From: a virus
Lineage: Duplodnaviria > Caudoviricetes
DNA: 42,002 nt
Strand: one strand, 5' to 3'
Virus record (IMG/VR): IMGVR_UViG_3300020148_000037
Span: 1-42,002 of that record
How positions within the stretch are numbered: the stretch's first letter is position 1; the number at the start of each line of letters is the position of its first letter. Of this stretch, positions 34,393 to 42,002 are shown in pieces. A model generated the notes under the pieces. The model did not search any database and had not been told where the DNA came from. It worked only from the letters and a program-made list of their open reading frames with translations. A program made the position numbers and the translations under genes.

Positions 34393-34850
34393 AGCCCGCC
34401 AACCCGACAAAGGTCATTAACACAGCCCGGTCCTGGCTCGGCACGCCGTACCACGACCAAGCCAGCCTTCGGGGCGTCGGCTGCGATTGCCTTGGCCTCG
34501 CGCGCGGGGTCTGGCGCGAGGTGGTGGGCGACGAGCCGTTTGTCATCCCGCCCTATAGCCGCGACTGGGGCGAGACCGGGCCGCACGAAGTGCTGGCCGA
34601 AGGCGCGCGCGGCGCCATGATCGAGACCGCCGCGACTGATGTTGGTCCCGGCGCGCTGTTGATCTTCCGCATGGAGCGCCGGGCCATCGCCAAGCATGTC
34701 GGCATCCTGACCGAGGCCGGCACCTTCATCCATGCCTATGAGCGCCTTGGGGTGATCGAGGAAAAGCTCACCCTGCCCTGGCGGCGGCGTATCGCCTTCG
34801 CCTTCCTGTTTCCTCGCCCGACCCGCACCCGGCAAAAGAAGAAGACCTGA
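34389..34850 (+). CDS. NlpC/P60 tail cell-wall peptidase (RcGTA g14-like)
   Basis: WLGTPYHDQ, GCDCLGL, KHVGI, FIHAY. Confidence 0.92.
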   Translation: MKPANPTKVINTARSWLGTPYHDQASLRGVGCDCLGLARGVWREVVGDEPFVIPPYSRDWGETGPHEVLAEGARGAMIETAATDVGPGALLIFRMERRAIAKHVGILTEAGTFIHAYERLGVIEEKLTLPWRRRIAFAFLFPRPTRTRQKKKT

Positions 34851-34853
34851 TCC

Positions 34854-37800
34854 ATGGCCACCCTTGTTCTCGGCGTTGCCGGCGCTGCCATTGGCGGCTC
34901 GATCGGCGGCACGATCCTTGGCGTCAGCGCCGCAACCATCGGCGGTTTCATCGGCTCGACCGTGGGTTCGGTGGTCGACAGCTGGATCATCTCGTCGCTG
35001 GCGCCGACGCAGCGGATCGAAGGGCCACGGCTCGACAGTCTGCGCATCACCTCGTCGACCGAAGGGGCCGTCATTCCTCGGCTCTATGGCCGCATGCGCA
35101 TCGGCGGCAACATCATCTGGGCGACGGATTTCCGCGAGGAAACCCGAACCACCACCCAAGGCGGCGGCAAGGGTGGCGGGGGCGGCAAGGTTAGGACCAC
35201 CGAATATCTCTACTACGCGAGCTTCGCCGTGGCGCTCTGCGAAGGCCCGATCACCGGCATTGGCCGCGTCTGGGCCGATGGCAAGCCCATGGACACCGCC
35301 GGCATCACCTGGCGCTGGTATCCCGGCGACGAAAGCCAGACCGCCGATCCCTTCATCTCCGCGAAGATGGGGGCCACCAATACGCCATCTTATCGCGGCA
35401 CGGCCTATGTGGTGTTCGAGGAACTGCCGCTGACCGACTACGGCAATCGTCTGCCGCAGCTCTCCTTCGAAGTGTTTCGCCCGCTCGCCGATCCCGACAC
35501 CGCCGAGGGGTTGACGCAGGCCATCACCCTGATCCCGGCTTCGGGCGAGTTCACCTATGCGACTGAAGCGATCCGCAAGGGGGGCAGCGGCGCGCAGCTG
35601 GCGGAAAACCTCAACGCGCTTTCCGACAGTGCCGACATGGTCGTCGCCCTCGACCGGCTGCAGGCCATGGCCCCGAACGTCGAGAGCGTCAGCCTCGTCG
35701 TTGCCTGGTTCGGCAACGATCTGCGCGCCGGTAATTGCACGATCCGCCCCGGCGTCGAAGTTCCGGCCAAGACCACCAGCCCCAAAACCTGGACCGTCAA
35801 TGGCGTTGCCCGGGCCAATGCCCATCTCGTCAGCCGTGATGCCGAGAACCGCCCCGTCTATGGCGGCACGCCCGCCGACTTTGCCGTGGTACAGGCAATC
35901 CGTGAACTGAAGGCGCGCGGACTGCGCGTGACCTTCTATCCGTTCATCCTGATGGATGTGCCGCCCGGCAACACATTGCCGAACCCATATTCGGACAATG
36001 CCGCGATCGCTGGTCAGCCGTCCTTCCCCTGGCGCGGTCGGATCACCTGTTCGCCTGCACCTGGCTATGTGGGAAGCGTCGACAAGACCGCCGCAGCGGC
36101 TTCACAGGTCGCGAGTGTCTTCGGCGCGGCGACACCGGCGAACTTCTCCGTCTCGGGCGAAACCGTCAGCTGGACCGGTCCTTCCAGTGACTGGGGTTTG
36201 CGGCGGATGGTGCTGCATTATGCGCATCTGTGCCAGGTCGCCGGCGGCGTCAACGCCTTCCTCATCGGCTCGGAACTGCGCGAGCTGACCACGATCCGCT
36301 CCGGCGCATCCACCTATCCGGCCGTGCAGGCCTTCCGCGACCTGGCGGCCGACGTTCGATCCATCCTCGGGGCCAGCACGAAGATCGGCTATGCCGCCGA
36401 CTGGTCGGAGTATTTCGGGCACCAGCCGCCGGACGGGAGCGGCGACGTGTTCTTCCACCTCGACCCGCTCTGGGCCGACGCCAATATCGACTTCATCGGC
36501 ATCGACAACTACATGCCGCTGTCGGACTGGCGCGACGGCTTCGACCATCTCGATGCGCAAGACGGCTGGCCCGCCATCCACGACCGCGCCTATCTGCAGT
36601 CCAACATTACCGGCGGTGAAGGCTTCGACTGGTTCTACGCTTCCGAAGCCGACCGGATGAACCAGGTCCGAACACCGATCACCGATGGTGCCGCCGGCAA
36701 GCCGTGGGTCTTCCGCTACAAGGACCTGCGCGCCTGGTGGTCCAACGCGCACTACAACCGGCCCGGCGGCGTGGAAAGCGCCACACCGACGGCATGGGCG
36801 CCAAAGTCGAAGCCCGTCTGGTTCACCGAGCTTGGCTGCCCGGCCATCGATCGCGGCACTAATCAGCCGAACGTCTTCTTCGACCCGAAATCGTCCGAAA
36901 GCTTTACGCCGTACTTCTCGCGCGGCTGGCGCGACGATGCCATCCAGCGAGCCTATCTGGAAGCGACCTGGCTCTGGTGGGGCGATCCGGCGAACAACCC
37001 GATATCCTCGGTCTATGGCGGACGAATGGTGCACATTCCCGAATGCGCCGCCTGGACCTGGGATGCGCGGCCCTATCCGTTTTTCCCGGAGTTGACCGAT
37101 GTCTGGACCGACGGCCCCAACTGGCGGCTCGGTCACTGGCTGAGCGGACGGCTAGGCGCTGTGTCGCTGGCGGCGCTCGTGCGGCATCTGTGCCTGCGTG
37201 CCGGCATGCCGGAAGCCCGCATCGACGTTTCCGGTCTCTGGGGCGCGCTGGAGGGCTATGTGATTGGTGCGCTGGAAAGCCCGCGCGCCTCGATCTCGAA
37301 CCTGGCCCGTCACTTCGGCTTCGACGCCGTCGAGAGCGAGGGAAACATCCGCTTCGTCATGCGCGGGCGGGCATCTGTCGCGACCATCTCGGCTGATGCC
37401 ATGGTGGCCTCCGGTCAGGACGAGGTTTTCGAACTGACCCGCGGCCAGGAAACAGAACTGCCCCAGGCACTCAAATGGCAGGTCGCACGTGCCGATGAGG
37501 ATTACGATGCCGCCGTGGTCGAAGCCCGCCGCATCACCGTCGAGGCATCCCGCATCAGCGCCGAAACCTTCCCCTTTGCCGTGCCGCCCGAAGAAGCCGA
37601 ACGCCGCTGCCGGCGCGCTCTGATGGAAGCCTGGACCGGACGCGAGAGCGCTGTCTTCCGTCTGCCGCCATCACGCATGGCGCTCGATCCGGCCGACGCG
37701 ATCTGGCTCGATCATGATAGCCGCCAGCTCGGTCTCCGCCTTGTTTCGGCCGCCGATGCCGAATCCCGCGCCGTCGAGGCGATCCGCCAGGATCGGCAGG

Positions 37801-38819
37801 ATTATGACCTGCCGCCCGGCGCGGCACGACCGGCAACGCCGGCGAAGATCGTCGCCTTCGGCGCGCCGGAAGTGGTGATCCTCGACCTGCCACAGCTGAC
37901 CGAAGGCCGCACCCCGCACCATCCGCTGATTGCCGCCCATGCCGTGCCATGGCCGGGCCAGATGGCGGTGTTTCGCAGTCCCGGCGCCGATGGCTTCGAG
38001 CTGGTCACCGCCTTCGCCACCCGCGCACGCATCGGCACGCTGGTCAACGATCTCTGGTCCGGGCCGGTATCGCGTTTCGACCATGGCAATGTCATGATCG
38101 TCGATCTGGCCTCCGGCACGCTGGAAAGCGTCACCGACATGGCGCTGTTCGGCGGCGCCAATGCGCTCGCCGTGGAAAGCACGCCCGGCGCCTGGGAGAT
38201 CGTGCAGGCGGGCGCGGCCGAGCTGCTGGCGCCCGGCCGGTACCGGCTCACCCGGCTCCTGCGCGGCCAGCGCGGCACCGAACAGGCGATGGGCAATCCG
38301 ACACCTGCCGGCGCACGCGTCGTCGTGCTCGACAGCCTGCTCGCCGATCTGCCGGTTGCCGAGGCCGATCTCGGCATTCCGTGGAACTGGCGCATCGGTC
38401 CGGCCTCGAAACCGGTCAGCGACGAGACCTATGTCGCAAGAAGCTTCACGCCGCAGGGCGTGGGATTGAGGCCCTTCGCGCCGGCCCATGTCGAGCAGCC
38501 GTGGCGCCGGGCGCGTGTGCCCGGCGATCTCACCATTCGCTGGACGCGCCGTGACCGCTCGCTTGCCGCTGACAGCTGGAACGCCGCCGAAGTGCCGATG
38601 AGCGAGGCGACCGAAACCTATGTGGTCGACATTCTCGACGGTTCAGTCGTCAAGCGATCCTTGACCACTGCCACCACCAGCGCCGTCTATACCGGTGCCG
38701 ACCAGACGGCCGACTGGGGCGCGCCGCTCGGGCCTGGCAATTCCCTCACTGTCCGTATTGCCCAGATCGGGCAGCTCTTCGGCCCCGGTGTCGCCTCCGT
38801 CACCACACTCTCGTTCTGA
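34854..38819 (+). CDS. Multidomain baseplate/host-specificity protein (RcGTA g15 megatron-like, TIM-barrel domain)
   Basis: 1321 aa; YRGTAY, YAADWSEY, GIDNYMPLSDWRDG, FTELGC, LLRGQRGTE. Confidence 0.92.
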   Translation: MATLVLGVAGAAIGGSIGGTILGVSAATIGGFIGSTVGSVVDSWIISSLAPTQRIEGPRLDSLRITSSTEGAVIPRLYGRMRIGGNIIWATDFREETRTTTQGGGKGGGGGKVRTTEYLYYASFAVALCEGPITGIGRVWADGKPMDTAGITWRWYPGDESQTADPFISAKMGATNTPSYRGTAYVVFEELPLTDYGNRLPQLSFEVFRPLADPDTAEGLTQAITLIPASGEFTYATEAIRKGGSGAQLAENLNALSDSADMVVALDRLQAMAPNVESVSLVVAWFGNDLRAGNCTIRPGVEVPAKTTSPKTWTVNGVARANAHLVSRDAENRPVYGGTPADFAVVQAIRELKARGLRVTFYPFILMDVPPGNTLPNPYSDNAAIAGQPSFPWRGRITCSPAPGYVGSVDKTAAAASQVASVFGAATPANFSVSGETVSWTGPSSDWGLRRMVLHYAHLCQVAGGVNAFLIGSELRELTTIRSGASTYPAVQAFRDLAADVRSILGASTKIGYAADWSEYFGHQPPDGSGDVFFHLDPLWADANIDFIGIDNYMPLSDWRDGFDHLDAQDGWPAIHDRAYLQSNITGGEGFDWFYASEADRMNQVRTPITDGAAGKPWVFRYKDLRAWWSNAHYNRPGGVESATPTAWAPKSKPVWFTELGCPAIDRGTNQPNVFFDPKSSESFTPYFSRGWRDDAIQRAYLEATWLWWGDPANNPISSVYGGRMVHIPECAAWTWDARPYPFFPELTDVWTDGPNWRLGHWLSGRLGAVSLAALVRHLCLRAGMPEARIDVSGLWGALEGYVIGALESPRASISNLARHFGFDAVESEGNIRFVMRGRASVATISADAMVASGQDEVFELTRGQETELPQALKWQVARADEDYDAAVVEARRITVEASRISAETFPFAVPPEEAERRCRRALMEAWTGRESAVFRLPPSRMALDPADAIWLDHDSRQLGLRLVSAADAESRAVEAIRQDRQDYDLPPGAARPATPAKIVAFGAPEVVILDLPQLTEGRTPHHPLIAAHAVPWPGQMAVFRSPGADGFELVTAFATRARIGTLVNDLWSGPVSRFDHGNVMIVDLASGTLESVTDMALFGGANALAVESTPGAWEIVQAGAAELLAPGRYRLTRLLRGQRGTEQAMGNPTPAGARVVVLDSLLADLPVAEADLGIPWNWRIGPASKPVSDETYVARSFTPQGVGLRPFAPAHVEQPWRRARVPGDLTIRWTRRDRSLAADSWNAAEVPMSEATETYVVDILDGSVVKRSLTTATTSAVYTGADQTADWGAPLGPGNSLTVRIAQIGQLFGPGVASVTTLSF

Positions 38820-38836
38820 TCAGGAGAGCTTTGTTC

Positions 38837-39913
38837 ATGTCCGACACCACGGCGCATCTGGCACTGCCCTTCATCATGGCCGCGCAGGCCCAGAAGCATG
38901 TCACCCACAATGAGGCGCTGCGCTTGCTCGACGGGCTCGTGCAGCTCTCCGTCCTCGACCGGGATCTGACTGCGCCGCCCGGCAGCCCCGCCGACGGCAA
39001 CCGCTACATCGTGGCGTCGGGCGCCACCGGGGCGTGGACAGGCTGGGATCTGAACGTCGCGCTCTGGACCGACGGTGCCTGGTTGCGCCTGCCGCCACGA
39101 GCCGGCTGGCAGGCATGGGTCGAGGACGAAGGTCTGCTGCTGGTCTACAATGGTTCGGCGTGGATCGGCACGACGCCGATATCACTGCAGAACATGGCGC
39201 TGCTGGGCCTCGGCACCACGGCGGATGCCTCCAATCCGTTTTCCGCAAAGCTCAACGCCGCGCTCTGGACCGCGAAGACCGTCGCCGAAGGGGGCACCGG
39301 CGATCTGTTCTACACCATGAATAAGGAGGCGGCCGGCGACGATCTCGGGCTGACGCTGCAGACCGGCTTCGTCACCAAGGCGCTGGTCGGGCTCTTCGGC
39401 TCGGACAGGTTTCGGCTGGCGGTCTCGGCCGATGGCAGCACCTTCTTCGACGGATTGATTGTCGACAACGCCAGCGGCATCGTCGACCAGCCCCGGCTGC
39501 CGAGGTTCAAGGCCTACACGAACTACGACAATTATGTCGGCGTCGGCACCTGGACGAAGATCGCCATCAACAACACAGACTACAACGATCAGGGCGCCTT
39601 CGACGCCGCGAACAACCACTTCGTGGCGCCCGTGGACGGCACCTACCTCTTCGGCGCGACGCTCATGTACAAGGTCAACGCCAGTACAACTGCGCGCATG
39701 CGCGGGCGGCTCGTGCTGAACGGGACGACCGAAATCCGCGGCTCCCTCGGCGAAATCTCCGCCACCCACGTCTCGCTCGCCACCGCGATCTGGTTGCAGA
39801 CCATGGTGCCACTGACGGCCGGCGATATCGTCGAGCTGCAGGGGTATTTCCGGGTCGCGGACGGCTACTTCGCCGCCGATCAGACGTCCTTCTGGGGCTG
39901 CAAGATCGGCTGA
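38837..39913 (+). CDS. DUF2793 tail fibre / receptor-binding protein with C1q-like C-terminal domain
   Basis: QAQKHVTHNEAL..LD N-terminus; C-terminal FDAANNHFVAPVDGTYLF. Confidence 0.85.
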   Translation: MSDTTAHLALPFIMAAQAQKHVTHNEALRLLDGLVQLSVLDRDLTAPPGSPADGNRYIVASGATGAWTGWDLNVALWTDGAWLRLPPRAGWQAWVEDEGLLLVYNGSAWIGTTPISLQNMALLGLGTTADASNPFSAKLNAALWTAKTVAEGGTGDLFYTMNKEAAGDDLGLTLQTGFVTKALVGLFGSDRFRLAVSADGSTFFDGLIVDNASGIVDQPRLPRFKAYTNYDNYVGVGTWTKIAINNTDYNDQGAFDAANNHFVAPVDGTYLFGATLMYKVNASTTARMRGRLVLNGTTEIRGSLGEISATHVSLATAIWLQTMVPLTAGDIVELQGYFRVADGYFAADQTSFWGCKIG

Positions 39914-39940
39914 GTGCGCTTCCAAGGTAAGAGCATCTTC

Positions 39941-40402
39941 TTACGACTGCGCCTCTTTGGCGCCGATTTCGATCCGATCGTCCTCGGATTGCAGCCATTC
40001 TGACAGGCTGTTTACAGACGCGACTATCTGATCCGGTTTCCGAAGCGCGCACTCCCACACTGTTGCAACGCGCCAGCCCTCTTCCAGAAGCCTCCCGCGT
40101 ACTGCTGCGTCTCGAGCAACGTTCGCGGCGAACTTTCCCTGCCAGAACTCCTGGCGGGTCGATGGTGTGGTCGTGTAGCGGCACCCCTCGTGACGATGCC
40201 AGAAACAGCCATGCACGAAGACGACGGCGCGATACTTCGGCAGAACGAGGTCCGGTCGACCGTGGACCGCCTTCGAATGGAGCCGGAATCGGAAACCGCG
40301 CGCGTGCAACGCCCGCCTCAGCGCCAGCTCGGGCTTCGTGTCCTTTCCCCTGATCCCTGCCATCATGCGGGACCGGGTCTGCTGATCCACGATATCTGTC
40401 AC
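39941..40402 (-). CDS. vsr: Very short patch repair endonuclease
   Basis: RSRMMAGIRGKDTKPE, GRPDLV, FVHGCFWHRH, VWEC. Confidence 0.95.
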   Translation of the reverse strand: MTDIVDQQTRSRMMAGIRGKDTKPELALRRALHARGFRFRLHSKAVHGRPDLVLPKYRAVVFVHGCFWHRHEGCRYTTTPSTRQEFWQGKFAANVARDAAVRGRLLEEGWRVATVWECALRKPDQIVASVNSLSEWLQSEDDRIEIGAKEAQS

Positions 40403-40469
40403 ATGCGTCCTGGTTTTCGTCCCTGAACCTGGTATACACCGGCTGAATGAAGTTCGTCAGGAGCCTGAT

Positions 40470-42002
40470 TTGCCTTCGACTTTCGGCATCGTTGATCTGT
40501 TCGCCGGCCCCGGCGGACTTGGCGAAGGGTTTGCATCTCTTGCCGAGGACGGCCACGCGCCGTTCCGGATCGGCATCTCTGTCGAGAAGGAGGCATCGGC
40601 GCACCGGACGCTGATACTGCGCGCGTTCCTGCGCGGATACCGCGCACGTCACGGGACCTTGCCCCGACAGTTCATCGATTTCCACGCTGGGGAAGTGTCC
40701 GAACCGGACTGGTCGGAAGTCGATGCGGCTTCCTGGCGAGCAGCGATCGAAGAGGCGCGTGGCCTCGAACTCGGCACCGAGGCCGCAGCAACAGCGATCG
40801 ATGCCGCCATCGAGAAGCTGAGGGCAGGCTACGATGACACGATCCTGATCGGCGGCCCGCCGTGTCAGGCCTACTCCCTCGTGGGTCGGGCGCGGTCGAG
40901 GGGCAAGGTCGGCTATGTGCCTGAGTTGGATGAACGGCACTACCTGTTCCGCGAGTACATCAGAGTGCTCGACAGGCTTCGGCCGGCAGCCTTCGTGATG
41001 GAGAACGTCAAGGGCATGTTGTCCTCGACTGTCGAGAGCCGACTCGTGTTCGAGATGCTGATGGAGGACCTTGCCTCCCTCGGCAGCGGCCATGGCCATC
41101 AATACGAGCTGCGGGCCATTCGGGTCGAAGACGGTAAGGCCAGCCTGCAGGAGGCGATGCGTCCTTCGGATTTCGTCGTGCGCGCCGAAGAGTTCGGCGT
41201 TCCGCAGCGACGCCATCGGGTAATCATCGTCGGGATCAGGGCTGATCTGGCAGGAAAGGCGGCCGGCACCGCCATTGCGGTCTCCGGACCAGCACGATCT
41301 GTCAGTGACGTCATTGAATCCATGCCCCCCTTGCGAAGCGGGATCAGTCGCGGGGCGGACAGCGCGGAAGACTGGCGACAGGAGGTGAGAGATGCTGCGA
41401 AACTGCTGGCGCGTATGCATGCCGGGAAGGACAATCAGCCGCTCCGTGAGGCATTCTCGTCAGTTGCAAGGCGCACGGCGACGGAAGCCCCTTGTAGTCG
41501 GAAGGGTACACGCCTTCCCGAGAACTACGGGAATTCGAATGATGAACTGCTGCGCTGGCTGGAGCGTCCGGACCTTCGCGCTTTCGCCCAGCATGAAACG
41601 CGGGGACACATGGCGTCTGATCTCGGCCGCTACCTGTTCGCAGCCGTGTTCGGGGCCGTCTGTGGTTACAGCCCGAAGGCCGCCGATTTTCCGCTCGCGC
41701 TGAGCCCGGATCATCGCAACTGGCACAGCGGGGTGTTCAATGACCGGTTCCGCGTCCAGCTGGCCGATGAGGCCTCAACCACTGTCACAAGCCACATCTC
41801 GAAGGATGGTCATTACTTCATCCATCCCGATCCTCTGCAGTGCCGCAGCCTGACGGTGCGCGAAGCTGCGCGACTTCAGACATTCCCCGACGACTACCTG
41901 TTCATGGGCAATCGGACCCAGCAGTACGTCCAAGTCGGGAACGCCGTGCCGCCGTTTCTGGCACGCCAGATTGCAGGGCTGATCCTGAGCGCGCTGGCTT
42001 GA
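40470..42002 (+). CDS. dcm: DNA cytosine-5 methyltransferase
   Basis: DLFAGPGG, GGPPCQ, ENVKG, PQRRHR, LTVREAARLQTFPD, GNAVPP; TTG start; divergent from vsr; target sequence unknown. Confidence 0.93.
   Translation: MPSTFGIVDLFAGPGGLGEGFASLAEDGHAPFRIGISVEKEASAHRTLILRAFLRGYRARHGTLPRQFIDFHAGEVSEPDWSEVDAASWRAAIEEARGLELGTEAAATAIDAAIEKLRAGYDDTILIGGPPCQAYSLVGRARSRGKVGYVPELDERHYLFREYIRVLDRLRPAAFVMENVKGMLSSTVESRLVFEMLMEDLASLGSGHGHQYELRAIRVEDGKASLQEAMRPSDFVVRAEEFGVPQRRHRVIIVGIRADLAGKAAGTAIAVSGPARSVSDVIESMPPLRSGISRGADSAEDWRQEVRDAAKLLARMHAGKDNQPLREAFSSVARRTATEAPCSRKGTRLPENYGNSNDELLRWLERPDLRAFAQHETRGHMASDLGRYLFAAVFGAVCGYSPKAADFPLALSPDHRNWHSGVFNDRFRVQLADEASTTVTSHISKDGHYFIHPDPLQCRSLTVREAARLQTFPDDYLFMGNRTQQYVQVGNAVPPFLARQIAGLILSALA

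Larger units (their letters stand above)
1..39913. mobile_element. Temperate siphovirus prophage (lambda-like head and packaging, GTA-like tail tip, serine integrase); left boundary outside the window, right boundary uncertain
   Basis: Ordered integration, immunity, replication, packaging, head, tail and lysis modules; many ATGA-coupled genes; no obvious frame breaks in core genes; att sites not identified. Confidence 0.93.

Noticed and set aside
28973-39913. Gene transfer agent cluster
   Set aside because: Linked integrase, repressor, replication genes, cos-like site and lambda-type head genes indicate a true prophage
38837-39913. Diversity-generating retroelement target in the tail fibre
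   Set aside because: No reverse transcriptase and no duplicated template repeat seen in the window
39914-39940. attR at the end of the tail fibre gene
   Set aside because: No matching repeat in the window; the left att is outside it and serine integrase cores are too short to call by eye

Overview
Almost the whole window is one apparently intact temperate siphovirus prophage in a GC-rich host. The host is probably an alphaproteobacterium, inferred from the GAAC-N7-GAAC LexA box and the RcGTA-type tail genes. Left to right: (i) large serine recombinase running off the left edge, with a DUF2924-like partner and a small ORF; (ii) two accessory genes and an S24 CI-like repressor, divergent from a putative activator whose promoter carries an SOS box; (iii) early replication/recombination genes (HTH excisionase-like, Sak4-like ATPase, SSB-like, SF2 helicase, PD-(D/E)xK nuclease, primase-helicase, repeat-rich ori-like region, RuvC-like resolvase, late regulator); (iv) a Fic moron, a lambda-like cos region, a ParB-DNA methyltransferase and small leftward genes; (v) a lambda-type packaging/head module; (vi) a tail module with an inserted parDE pair, a -1 frameshifted chaperone, tape measure and GTA-like baseplate genes interrupted by a lysis cassette, then a tail fibre; (vii) divergent vsr and C5-cytosine methyltransferase at the right edge. 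The most interesting signals are non-coding: six GANTC (CcrM) sites in terminase-site-like repeats next to cos, an SOS box plus helically phased ATCC repeats at the lysis/lysogeny switch, a 68-bp periodic palindromic repeat after the primase-helicase, and RBS-sequestering hairpins ahead of small unknown genes. Family names come from motif recognition and gene order, not from database searches.
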